DNA of 64,000 bases from Paraspadella gotoi (GCA_051294375.1 CM119267.1:17338606-17402605), one strand, 5' to 3'. Positions 41,509 through 54,927 are shown, numbered from the stretch's first letter. The notes: generated from the sequence alone by a model not told the origin. A program made the numbers and translations.

Positions 41509-42898
41509 AGAACAGAAGGCGTTAATCAATCTTTGTCTCGAGATCGATGAAAAAAAAAACATTTGAAAAAGAATAAAAAAAATTAAAAAAAAAATAGAGA
41601 GAAAAAAGTGACAAATGAAAAAAAGGGAAAAAAAAAGATTGGACACGCCTCATTCTGTTTCGGAAGAAGTGTCCGGTCAAAGCTTTGACACAAATATTTG
41701 CCAAAAGGCCCCGTTCTCGCTCTCTCTCGGTCCTTTGAGCGCGCTCTCTCTCTCTTATTCAAAAATTCGCGCTTTATCTCGGGTGCGCTGACTCTTCCCA
41801 AAAAATGATGCCAAATCGAGAATATCAAAAATATTTGGCCTTAAATTCACTTCATGCCTATTATTAGAAAATCTTTAACGAGTAAATTATTTTAATCTCT
41901 GTAAATTTAAACCTAACCATCAAAATATTTTTTTTATATCAGCAATTCAAAGGAGAGAAACAAAAAATAAAATAAGATAAAATAGAAGAATAATCAAACT
42001 CTCTCTGTTCCTGAATTTTTTAAAAAAATACTTCTTTTCTCAATAATATTTTAAAAATAAATGTTTTTAACAAATTTCCCCCATATCTTCACACGTGATT
42101 TTAATAAAGAAAACGAGAAACCAGAATGAATCGTATCTATGAAAAAAAAAAAAAAAAAAAAAAAAATTTCGATCCATAAATTAAAATATTTCGATGTTTT
42201 TTTTCCTTTTCCGAAAACCAAACTTTTTTCCCTAGAGTCCGCCTTCCCTCCCCCCCCTCACGCCGCACCCCGCGATATAACGGATGTTGGCAACGCGTCT
42301 TCCAGTTACATACGGAGTCGAGATTGGAAGAGTAAACAAAAACAACTGGAGGTCGAGCAAAATCCGGGTTTCTAGTTTCTTTTCTTTTTTTACGTGAGGA
42401 TTTAGTATTGTTACATAAAAAATTACTTTAAGAAGACTTATAAAATAATAATAACCATGAATTAAAAATTTAGATATTTGTAGTCGAATTTTTAAAAAAA
42501 CTTACAAGAACGAAAAGTATAGGAGACTGAAAGAAGATGCGACAAGAGTAAAAATTGACGCTGCGTACGAATTTACGTAATTTACGTCAAACGAAGAAAA
42601 TGACGAGGAAAAAAAATTATGGCTTGGGTTTACGAGTATTATTGATTACGTAGTAATGTCCGCGTTTGCTGTAAAAAAATGTTTTCGTAAATAAAAAAAG
42701 GAGTTATGTACGAACGATATTTAGAAAAAGTATTTTGGTTACGAAGTGGATATATACTATAAAATATTTCTTTACAGTTTACAAGTTAACGGTTTACAGT
42801 TGGTTTTTTTTTTTTATCTTAGCGCGAATTAAAGATCGGACGATCGGATTAGCAGGTTTATCTTTTGTTTTCGTTGGTTGCCGAACTAGAAGAGAAAC

Positions 42899-42899
<1 letters not shown>

Positions 42900-42985
<86 letters not shown>
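42900..42985. repeat. (GAC)n microsatellite
   Basis: Perfect run, direct read. Confidence 0.95.
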
Positions 42986-42987
<2 letters not shown>

Positions 42988-43686
42988 CTTTTAGAGTGAA
43001 AATCAACAACTCAAGAGTCTCGTTCTTTCGCTTGACACTGGGTGACAGGTGATGAAAAAGAGAGGAAAAGAAAGATAGGGAGAAAATAGAGAATACAAAA
43101 TGAAAGAAAAAGAAAGAATGTAAAAAGAGTAAAAGGGAGAAAAGTGAGGAAAAAAGTAGTAGAAAAGAAAGAAAAGAAGACAAAAAAATAAGGAAAGAAC
43201 CAAAAACAAACATTAAATAAACAAAATATAACTTTTCTGAAAAACAATTAAGGAATAAGCTGGATATTGTCTTGAACGGTTGACTAGCGGTCCGATCGAA
43301 ATATTTGAAAGTCATCAAAAATAAATTTGGGAATGTCCTGATATTTCGCTGGACGGCGCGAACTGAGATAACGCTCTCCTTCTCTCTCTCACTCTCTCAC
43401 CCTCTCTCTCTCTTTCTCTCTCCTTCACAGTTCACACACAAGCACGGAGCCACGTGTAAAAGAAAAAGATGCTTCCTTTTTTGCATCTCAATCGTTTGAA
43501 TGTTTTTTTTTTTTGATAACTTTTTTATACCATTTTTGTTATTATTTTTAAGCATTTTTTTATCTTAGCTTAGACGATTTCGATGACAATGTAGTTATTT
43601 AGAAGCGGGATTAAAAAAAATCATCGCTGACTGGATAAGTTAAGTTTTCTGATGATGGATTAGATACGTAGGAAGCCAGTTTCGTT

Positions 43687-43786
<100 letters not shown>

Positions 43787-44029
43787 CCCGATTCTGTAAT
43801 GATAAAACTTTTTTGTGCAAATTTTTTATTCCGGCTTTACTTTTTTTTAACGAAATTATGTTGTTAAAAAAATAACTTGAAGTAGTAAAGGATTTATCTG
43901 TTTTTCAGATTTGTGTTAAATTTCGTTTTTTGTAATCTTCCTCGTTTATGTAGAAAACTGTTTGACTCAAAGATCAAAACGCACGACGTTAAATTCCAGG
44001 AGAAAAAAGAAGGCTCGGCAAACCTCTTT

Positions 44030-44083
<54 letters not shown>

Positions 44084-44215
44084 CACTCTCTCTCTCTCTC
44101 TCTCTCTTTCTCACCTCTAATCTTTTCTTCCGGTGACTAAAAATGAAAAACCTTAGAGGTAAAAATTGTTTGCTTCTGACCCTAGGGAAAAAGCTTTTCA
44201 CGCCTTCGATTTCGA

Positions 44216-44301
<86 letters not shown>

Positions 44302-44820
44302 TTGCCCATTTGTTTTTTGGTAGTTTCCTACTGGACCTACAAGAATTATATAAATCGAGCGAATTCAAAACAAAAGACTTCAAAACAAACAATCAGACTC
44401 GCTTTGGCAAAACTGATATAATAAATGAAGGTTATGAGCAATGTACAATACTGATGGCATGAAACAATGTTTAACGGTATTTGGTAAATAAATTAAGATA
44501 ATACTTTAACGGGTAAAGATGTTCGTATAAATGACGCATTCTTAAGCAGGGCTGCGAAGTAAAATTTTTGTTTTGAAAAACATTTTCAACCTTTATAATT
44601 ACTGTCAAGATAAGATAATTCAGCGACTCAACGAAATAAAACATTTAAAATTTGTAATTTCATTCACTATAATTCTAAAAGAAAAAACAATTAAAGTCTG
44701 TAGTGAAAATCGGTTAATAGGGTGATAACGCCAACTTTTGTTAGTAAACTTCATCTTTTATAAAAATCTCTAAACTGAATATCAAAAAAAAATTCCAATC
44801 GATAGACTAAAAAAAAAAAA

Positions 44821-47800
44821 TTAAGACAAAAGAATGTGCCGCGGATCGGGTTCTCCCTCTTCCCTCCTCTGACCCACGAGCTTGCAGAGTCGCTTGTGCT
44901 TGGTCCAGTTCTGCGACTGGCACTGCTTGCCGCAATAAGACGCCACCTTGCACCGCTTACACTTCATGAGTTTGGATTGCGTGGCGACGGCGTCGGCGCC
45001 GCAATGGAAACAGACGAAGGTCGTATCCAAATGCAGAGCGCGAACTTCGTGCGACTTCTTGCCGTGCTCGTGCTGATAAACCTGAAGCATGCTGGCCCAC
45101 CCGGAATCCGAGAGGCCCATCAAGCGGAGTCGATCGTGGTCGAGAATCACGGGCCCGTCTTGCCAAGGATCGGTTGGCTCAACGACGGACTGCTTGGCCG
45201 CGGGAGACGACGTCGACTTCGATTTTTGAGAATAAACTCCCGGTTTGGAAGATTCCGTCTTGGAGGGTTTAATGTGCTCTGCTTTCGGCGAAGCTTGGGC
45301 TTTGGTAGACGCTTGGGGTTTCGGCGACGCTTGGGCCTTCTGCGGCACGGATGATTGACCTTTCTGCGCCTCAGCCTCCGCCTTCTTCTCCTTCGTCTCC
45401 TCCGCTTTTCTTTTTCTCTTCGTCTTCTTCGCTTCCTCCTTTCCTTCCTCTGCCTTAACTTCTCCTTTGGCTCTGATGGAGGCGAGGAGACTCTCCGCGG
45501 ACGCGTTGGACTCCTCCACCTGGGATCGTATCGCCGTCGCGTTCTCGGACGCACGAACGAATTCGTTCTTTAACTGATGACTCACGTTCTTCACGGCCTC
45601 CAGCTTCTGATGCTTTTTGATATTCTGCGCCTCCTCCGGCGTCAGTTGCATCGGGGAGGGTCGAGGCAACTCCCTCTTCAGGATGTGTTGGACGTTGGGA
45701 TTCGGAGTCGGGAGAGTAGGCTGTTGGAGAGAAGCGTCGGCCGCTTTGGTGGGAGTTGAATCTTCGGCGGTTTCTGCCGATTTTGCGGCGGCCGTTTCCA
45801 CTGTCTGCGGCTCTGGCGCGTCGGATGCAGCGACGACGTCTGTCTTTTTGTCGTCGATGGAGAACGGAAGCTTTTCTTCTTTGTCATCGACTTTTTTCTT
45901 TGGATCATTCGATTTCAAATTTTTCACGTCGCCGACATTTGGTGCTTGAGATTCTAAAATTTCTTCAGTCGAAGTCATCATTTCCATGGAGGCGATCATT
46001 TCCGCAGAAGTCACCATTTCCGCTTCACTGTGTTGCGCCGAAACTTCCTCCAAGGAGACTATCGACGTTTGTAGATCGCTAGAATCCATGTCAACCGAGC
46101 ACAAGCTCTCCGACCTCTTTCTTAATCTGGATCCTTTGGCGATTTGTGCGAAGGAAAAAGTGGCCTTCTCCTCGCCGGGTGCCGGTGGCAACGGCTCTTT
46201 GGCGATGAACACTTCCTTCATCCCGCTTTCGATCTTCAACACATTTTCCTTCTCTTTCGGTTCAATTTCTTCCGGAGGATGGACCTCCTCTTCATTTTCT
46301 ATGACATCTTCTTCTTCGTCGTCTTCGCCTTGGTCCTCGAATTCTATGAGTTGCAATTTGCTCCTCACGAGGTTCAGATCGCCCGTGTGTCTCCTGATTC
46401 CCTTCACGTATTTTTTTCTTTTCTCCGTTTGCGTTTGATGATGTTTTTCTTTCTGCCCCTCGCCCTCTTCCTTCTCCTCCAAGGCTTGGAGAATGTTCCC
46501 GGTGCTTTTCATCGCCGAACTTCTTTGCGGGGTTTTGGTCTCGTCGTATTCTTCGAACTCGAGGAGAGAAGGCGGTTTGGATATGCCTTCGGGAAATTCC
46601 GATATCAGCTGCCCTTCGGACTTGGAGATGGATAATTTTTTGAATGCTTTCGTCAATGGTTGACTCTCTTCGGATTCCGTGATTAGTTTTTCAATTTCTT
46701 CCTCCTCATTGTCGTGTCGTTCGATCTGTTCCTCAGGAACGTCTTTGTATAACTGAAAGCTATTTTCTTCGTTCTGCGCTGTTATAGCTTGTTGAATATT
46801 GTCTTTTTTACTTTCTTTATTTTTTATAGATTTTTCCTCTTTATCGGATTCGGAAGTTCTTTTGTCGCTCTTCCTTCTTATCCTTTTTTCTTTTTTTTCG
46901 ATTTTATTATCTGAAATATCTTTTACTTCTTCAGTAGATTTACTAAGTACATCACGTTCGTCATGTACACTTTCATGCTGAAATCCATCAATTTTTGCAG
47001 AAACAAACGCGTCATCTTTTTCAGTCTTTAATGTTTTAACTGGTTTGCCTTTTTTTGAACTTTTTGTTCCTGTTTCTGTGATTTTTTCAGGTTCTTTAAC
47101 TGTTTTTTCGTTAGTATTAGCTAAAGAAGTATCTAAAGATTTATCTTGTTCATTTTTTAGTCCTTGATTTTCTTGATTTTTCTCTTTTTTCATGTGTTTT
47201 TTCTTATCACCTTTGCTTTCCTTATCAGATTCTGAAATTCTTTTTTCACTTTTCTTTCTCTGTCTTTTCTCCTTTTTATCACTTGTTTCTTCTATGGAGA
47301 GGCTCTGATTATCAGCAACTTCGATAGTTAAGCCATCAGCAGAAGTTTTCTCAACTTCTCTAGCTTTTTCCGTTTTTACTAGCGCTGGAGAAACATTTAT
47401 TTTGTCCTTTTGATCGGGCTGTAGAGGCTGAGTAATAGTAGATTCTACATGTCCTTCAATTTGATTGTTATCCTCTTTTACGGTAATCTCAGTTATTTCC
47501 TGTATATGGAATTTCTCAACTCCTTCGATTTCTGGTTTTTCAACGAAATGACTTTTTTCAGCTTCACGAGCTGCAGATCCAAGTGGTACTGCCGAAAAGA
47601 AATCAAATGCATCCATCTCCTCAGATTTATCAATTTTGTCCGAATTTGGTTCTGTCTCTTTTGGAATGAGTTCAATGTTTGTATTTTTTTCAGCTTCTAC
47701 TGCTGCTGAACCAATTGGTACTGAAGAAAAGAAATCAAATGCATCAACTGGTTCTGGATGTTGCCTTGAAGCAACCTCAGAGTAGTTACTTTTTATCTCT

Positions 47801-50800
47801 TTATTTTTTATTGTGTCAGGTTCATTAATTTTTTCCGCTTCCACAGCTGCAGAACCGATGGGCACTGCTGAAAAAAAATTGAATGCGTCAGTCTGCTTAA
47901 CATATTCCTCTGTATCTTTCTTTGGGCTGGTAGTTTTAATTTTAGCACTGTCCTTTTTATTAAGCCCATGAAGTTTTTCTGCTTCTACAGCTTTTGAACC
48001 AATAGGTGGTGAGAATGCATCCATATCTTCTGATTCTTGTTTAAAAGTTATTTTTGATTCTTTATTCTCGAGAAACTTATTCACAGGTTTTTCTTCAGCA
48101 TTAATTTTCTCAGCATCTCGTGCAGCAGAACCAATTGGAACTGCAGAGAAGAAATCAAATGCGTCCATTTGTTCAGACTTTTGTTGAAGAGTGACATCTG
48201 ATTCTTTAAGCTTTTCAGTTTGCTCAACATATTCCTGAACTAATGTATTCTCAGGTTTTTCTAATATGTTGATTTTCTCTGCCTCTAGTGCAGCTGAACC
48301 AATGGGAACAGCTGCAAAGAAATCAAACGCATCCATTTGTTCAGGCTTTTGCTGGAGAGTGATATCTGATTGTTGGAGCTTTTCAGTTTGCTCACCGTAA
48401 TCCATTTGTTCAGGCTCCTGTTTGAGAGTGATTTTTGATTCTTCTGACTTTTTAATTTGCTCAGCATTCTTCTTTACCAACTTTTTGTCAGGTTTTTTGT
48501 CATCACTGTCTTTTTCTGCTTCTAGCGCAGCGGAACCAATCGGCACTGCTGAAAAGAAATCAAATGCATCCATTTGTTTAGGCTCCTGTTTGAGAGTGAT
48601 TTTTGATTCTTCTGACTTTTTAATTTGCTCAGCATTCTTCTTTACCAACTTTTTGTCAGGTTTTTTGTCATCACTGTCTTTTTCTGCTTCTAGCGCAGCG
48701 GAACCAATTGGCACTGCTGAAAAGAAATCAAATGCATCCATTTGTTCAGGCTCCTGTTTGAGAGTGATTTTTGATTCTTCTGACTTTTTAATTTGCTCAG
48801 CATTCTTCTTTACCAACTTTTTGTCAGGTTTTTTGTCATCACTGTCTTTTTCTGCTTCTAGCGCAGCGGAACCAATCGGCACTGCTGAAAAGAAATCAAA
48901 TGCATCCATTTGTTTAGGCTCCTGTTTGAGAGTGATTTTTGATTCTTCTGACTTTTTAATTTGCTCAGCATTCTTCTTTACCAACTTTTTGTCAGGTTTT
49001 TTGTCATCACTGTCTTTTTCTGCTTCTAGCGCAGCGGAACCAATCGGCACTGCTGAAAAAAAATCAAATGCATCCATTTGTTCAGGCTCCTGTTTGAGAG
49101 TGATTTTTGATTCTTCTGACTTTTTAATTTGCTCAGCATTCTTCTTTACCAACTTTTTGTCAGGTTTTTTGTCATCACTGTCTTTTTCTGCTTCTAGCGC
49201 AGCGGAACCAATCGGCACTGCTGAAAAAAAATCAAATGCATCCATTTGTTCAGGCTCCTGTTTGAGAGTGATTTTTGTTTCTTCTGACTTTTAATTTGCT
49301 CAGCATTCTTCTTTACCAACTTTTTGTCAGGTTTTTTGTCATCACTGTCTTTTTCTGCTTCTAGCGCAGCGGAACCAATCGGCACTGCTGAAAAGAAATC
49401 AAATGCATCCATTTGTTCAGTCTCTTGTTTAAGAATGATTTTTGATTCGTTGCTATTTTTATTTTGTTTAACATTATCCATGATTGACTTACTCTCATTT
49501 TTTTCATGAGTTTTGATTTTTTCTGTTTTTTGTGCAGAAAGGACATCATCGATTTCATTCACTTGCTCAGACTTATCTATCAGAGCATCTTTTGATTCTA
49601 AATTTAGATTTTTTTCTGCTTCTAAAGCTGCAGACCCAATCGGAACAGGAGAAAAGAAGTCCAACGCATCTGCTTGTTCCTGGTTTTCTTTAGTAGAAAC
49701 TTTTGATTCTACAATGTTTGAAGTAGATTTCACCGTTTCTTTATGTGAAGAGTTATCATGTTGTAATTTTTTTCTATTTTCATCAGTAGTATTAATAGGT
49801 TCTGGAAACAATTCAACGGAATTCTTTTTTATAGGTAGCTCCTTAACGTTAGATTTTGAAGTTTGACTTCTATCAATCAATTTGTCTTTATCAGAAATAT
49901 TTTCTTGTTGCCTTTTTTGTTTCCCATTTTCTAAATTTAGAGCCGGAATTGTTTGTGGAATTGCGTTTATTTTTTCAGATTCGATTGTATCTTTTACAAA
50001 CTTCTCAACTGGTGATGACGGTTTAGTCAATTTTGTATCAATTTTATCACATAGTGCAGAATAAGCTCTCTGTTGCTGCAACAACAATGCATCTTCATAT
50101 TTTGAAATATCAAACCAAATATTTTCTTGAGATAAACCAAATCTTGGGTCATTAGTAACTTTTGCTTTTTCATATTTAGGTTCTTCAGAAAAGTAAAATG
50201 GATTGATAGACTCTTCTATTGATTGGTCTTTTTTAATTTGGATGGTTTCCTTCATGAGTTTTTCTGCTGGTTGTTCTTCAAACTTTTTTGAAGTTACATC
50301 TGATATTGACTCTATGTATGCTTGCTCATACTTACTTGCTTCAAACCAGATACTTTCTTGGGACAATGCAATCTCTTTAACATTCTTTTGATTTCCCACT
50401 TGATTGGCAATTACTTTTTCCTTTTGATCCGGCTTGGAAAATTCTTGAAGTCTTTCAGCCAAATTTATTTCAGCTTCAGCATATTTAGATCTTTCCAACC
50501 ATACATCATTTTCAAAATGCACGGTCGTTGCTGTTTTATTTTCTTGAACAGAATCTTTAGAATTACTAATTTCAGTAGGGTGTTCAGAATTCCCTTCCAC
50601 TTTGTTTAAATCTGCTTCTTCCTTCTTCATAATATCACCCTCATTAGTCAATTGCTTTTCACTTTGAACAGGAGGAGCTTGTTTAATAACAACATGATCT
50701 GTTTTTGACCCTTGTTGCATTTTTTGATCGTCCAAATCTGTCATTGTTTGAGCAGGAATTGAAGTAGGTATAAACCCAATAGCTTCCTGCCCATCAACAT

Positions 50801-53800
50801 CCTTAACGGTTTCATTTTCACTCTCTCTCCGTACTCTATTTTTACTTTTCCATTCTTTTTTCTTATCTTTCTTAATTTCATTTCCCTTTTCATTGTCAGA
50901 TATACTTTTTTCACTCTTCTTTCTTTCTCTCTTTTCTTTGATTTTATCACTTTTTTTCTTTTCAATTTTTCCCTTTACCTCATACTTTTGTGCATCTTCA
51001 ACAGTCACAATCTCTGACTTTTCATTATCAATATCCATCTTTTCAGGTTCCTTTGACTCTTTTGTTTCAATTACGTCTACAACATTCTCAGACTCAGAAA
51101 TTTGCTTGATACCATCCTCGGAATCTTTCTCATAATCTTTCTTAATTACTGTTTCCACATTTTGCATATATTTCAATTCTAAAGATTGCTCAACCAGCTT
51201 GCTCAGAACATTTTCCTCTCCAACTGGTTCTAAGGGCTTCTCAACAGCCATTATGGGCTCTTCTGGCTTCTCTAGATTAGATTTAGCATCTTCATTGGTC
51301 TTTCCAGTTGCTTCTGTGGTTTTTTCAACGGATCGCTTGGGTTCTTTTCGTTGTTCTGTAAATGGTTCAAAGGATTTATTTTGGGACAACAACTGCTCCT
51401 TTTCTACGACGATTTCCATAGATGCGTTCTCAGTATCTTTAACCATTGTTTTTGTGTTATCGACTAAAGGCACAGACTCCGTTTGTTTTTCCACTTCTGC
51501 AAATATCTGCGCAGTTTTTTCTCCCACTAAGATATGTTGAGTTTCATGCTCTTTACTCGCTTCTACATTAAGGGATGGCTGCACTTCAAGTTGCGAATAT
51601 TTTTCCTTCTTAACGTTTTCTACATTTTTCGTGGAATCCTTTGACGACAACTTCGGCTTTTTCTTATTTTTCGTCTCAACAACAGATTCAAACGACTTTT
51701 CGACAGCCAGCATGGGTTCCACTTCCCTCTCGTCTCTGGCAACGGATTCCGAAAATAACTCAATTTCAACGGGTGCTGCCGCAATCGGAACCACTGCGAC
51801 AGGTTCTTCCTCGTGCGATTCCAAGGTCAATGAGGCCTTTGAATCGATCTCTCCTTCCGCAATTGACTCGAAAGTTCTTTTCGATGCGAACGCGGGTTCC
51901 ACACCATTTTCCATGTTGACAAACATTGGATCCTCGACAGCCTCGTCCATCGGAGTCTCGACTGCAGCGGCGACGAGTTCGGCCTCGATGTCCTTGGGCA
52001 GAACCTCTCCGCCCAAGAACGGCGCCGAAAGATCAAACTCTTGCGAGGGCGTCACCGTTTCGCCGCCCATCCCCGGCGGCGGCGGCGGTGGCCTCGAAGG
52101 CGGCCGCTCATCAAAGTCAATCGGCCAGCTATCGTCGACGTTGGGCGGCGCGTCGGCGACGACCCACGAGTTTTCGATATCTCCGTTGATTTCTAACGAA
52201 GGTCGAGATTCCGAAGCGGATTCCATTGCCATGGGAATCGATTCCGGGCCGCCATTCTGCTCCGTCCACTGCGTCCCGCTTTGTGCCGACCTTTCTTCCG
52301 GAACTTCGCGTAGAACGCCAAGCGGCGGCGGGAAAAATCCCGGCGGGGACGAAAGAGAAGGAAGTTCCGGAACCGGCGACTGCGTCGTCGGCGGCGACGG
52401 AATTCTCGGCGCCGATAGCGAAGAGTTGGAAGTGGGCGACGGCGTTTCTTGCGGCGCTACCGGCGAGAACGCTGCCGTTTCCTGCGCCGAATTTAGAGTC
52501 GCAGCCGCAGCCGCAGCCGCAGCCGCCGCCATTGGGGCCGCTGCCGCAGCTACCGGCGCCGCCGACGCTCCCACCACTGACAGAGGGCGCTGGTTCGAGG
52601 GTCCGAGATTCGGGTCGAAATTGCGCGATCTCATCTTTTCCAAGAGGATGGCGCTTTCGTAGACCGACCAGTGATAAGTCTTTCCGGTAAGTTCCATTCG
52701 TTTATCGAGACGCAGCGGCTGCAAAGTGAGAAAGTGAGGGTAGTTGAGGTATTCCAGCGCCAGGTCGCACATGACGCGGAGACCCTCCTCGTCTTTGGTG
52801 CCTGGAGGGAAAGAAAAAGATATTATGAGACGCTTTCGGTTTTTTGATTTGTTTTTTTTTCTATTGTTTTCTTTTTCTTTTTCTTTTTGACTTTCAGACT
52901 CGAAATTTGACATCGATTACTAATCAGTAATCACAGATCTTACCAGTGACATAAAGAACGCTGGCGACGGGAAACATGACGACGTGATCTCCCTTCACGG
53001 GAAACTTGGCGATCGACTCTGGAAGCGTGACGAGAGAGGCACTGAGTTCGTCGGGCAGTTGGGCGCGGTAAACCACAGCGGGGCCGTCTGGGTTGAGGGG
53101 TAGCGGGGGATAGAAAAAGGGGTTGAGGGTAGCGGGGGTAGGAAAAAGGGGTTGAGGGTTTGGAGTGGCGGGGATGAATATTGAATGTTATGCTACACAT
53201 CTGTGAGAGGAGATAGAGAAAAGTTTAAATTTGACATTTTATAAAAGCTTTAATAAGGATTTAATTGCAAATTTAGTAAAACGTAATTAGTCTACTAAGA
53301 ATTGAAATAGTTTTTTTAGAGCGTTGAAAATTAAAATGTGCTTAAAATCTATAAAATTCATTAGTTGAAAAACTGGTCGTTTTCTAAAAACGACTAAAGA
53401 CCATTTTAGATTTTCTTTGTCTAATGTTGAATTTAAAACGACGACGACGACGATGACGACGACGACGATCATCAAATCAATTTCTTTTTCGCGCTTTCCC
53501 TTAAACTTTTCAACCGTCCCCATTTTTCATTTTCCTCTACTCCTGCCACTTTCGTTTCACACTTGCGCCCACAAATCTCAGCCCCTTTCCAAATTAGCCC
53601 GCCCTTACCCTCTTCCCCCCTTTCCGTCAACCCCCCACGGCCCACACCCCTAACTCCCTCACCAGGTGCCTTGGGATTCTCCCACTCTTTCTTGATGACG
53701 CCGTCGTCGGCGAACTTGGCCTTCAAGTTCCGCTTGGCCTCCTTGACGGGATCGATGCCAAAGCCACGCCTCCAATCCTCCACCTCCTCCAGCGTCACGT

Positions 53801-54791
53801 AGCGGCGGAACTTGCCGTAGTTGAGCGCCATCGTCATGGAGATGACCGAGGAGGTGGAGTCGACAGGCTGTTGGAAGATCGTCTCGCGGCATCCGTGGGA
53901 GATCATAGTTTCTTTAGTTTTTTTTTTTTTTAGGGAGTGGTGAAGAATATAATTAAAATTTTGAAAAAAATAATTAATTGATCAAGAAATAAAGAAATAA
54001 AAAACTCAAAATAAACCTTTAATTAGAAACGAACTTACCTTGGTAAGAAGAAAACCATTGCGGCGTCTTGACCATCGGGAACAGCTGCACCAAGTCTTCC
54101 TTGTCCACGGTCATCGCGGGTTGAGAGTAAAAGGTAAGTCCGTCGGTGGAATCGTTGATGATCTCTCTCACCTTGTCCATGGTGATGTCACCGCCGTAGG
54201 TCTGCATGCATTGGTAGCTGCGAGGGATCGAGGATGGGAGTCATAGGACGTAGGGTAAGGGGAAGTTAGTTATAATTGTGTTTTACGGTAATCGTGTTTT
54301 AATCGTGTATAAAATTAATAAAGTGAAAGTCTCAACAAGACATTTGTTCAAATGATGTCTTTTTAAATTTTTTTTGGAAGCATATTACAATAAATTACAA
54401 TAAATTACCGGTCAGAAATTAAGGGTAATTCGATATCATTTCCGAAAAGAAATTAAAAAAAAAATTTTTGCGAGGAAGTTTTTCGTTACTAACTACCCCT
54501 CATCTGCCCCCCCCCAACCCTTCAGTTTCCAACTCACCGATTCTGCAAATACATTTTGCCGACGTTTTCCGGATTCTCCCGATTTCGAAACAAGATGCAA
54601 AAGTTCTCGGCGTCCAGATCGAAGGAGAACTTGTCTCCGTAGGCGCGTTCCACGATGTCCAGCGCCAATCGGGCGAACTCATCTTGGGTAAGGAACGGCG
54701 CGTCAGCCATGGCGGCGGCGTCAGGGGGAGAGGCGTCGACGGGCGAGGCGCTCGGGTCAGGTGGGGCCGGCTTACTGTCCGCGCAGCCCAT
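44821..54791 (-). CDS. Giant (~2935 aa) predicted acylated protein: bacterial DUF1444/YtpQ-like N-terminal domain + long repetitive disordered region + C-terminal MYND zinc finger
   Basis: Exons 54791-54538, 54217-54039, 53911-53663, 53087-52944 and 52801-44821 are GT-AG and phase-consistent once one base is restored at 49289-49292 (T4 versus T5 in sister repeats). Starts MGCADS. Ends CFHC...CKRCKVASYCGKQCQSQNWTKHKRLC. This model joins ORF-track entries 49194..52913 and 44821..49245. Confidence 0.85.
44884..45012 (-). other. zf-MYND domain
   Basis: CxxC-x13-CxxC-x4-YC-x3-CQ-x3-W-x2-H-x3-C pattern read directly. Confidence 0.93.
48406..49412 (-). repeat. Coding tandem repeat, six near-identical 168-nt (56-aa) units
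   Basis: Unit MDAFDFFSAVPIGSAALEAEKDSDDKKPDKKLVKKNAEQIKKSEESKITLKQEP(E/K)Q, with ATGs at 49412, 49245, 49077, 48909, 48741 and 48573. Confidence 0.95.
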
Positions 54792-54835
54792 ATATGTGCG
54801 GAGAGATCGCGTTGAAGGGGGGGGGTGAGTCGAAG

Positions 54836-54927
<92 letters not shown>

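Noticed and set aside
48406-49412. Regular repeats resembling a CRISPR array
   Set aside because: Whole 168-nt units are near-identical and in-frame coding, with no unique spacers and no cas genes, in a eukaryotic context.
48422-52690. Long + strand ORFs (290 aa, 343 aa and others)
   Set aside because: Antisense shadows of the giant minus-strand exon.
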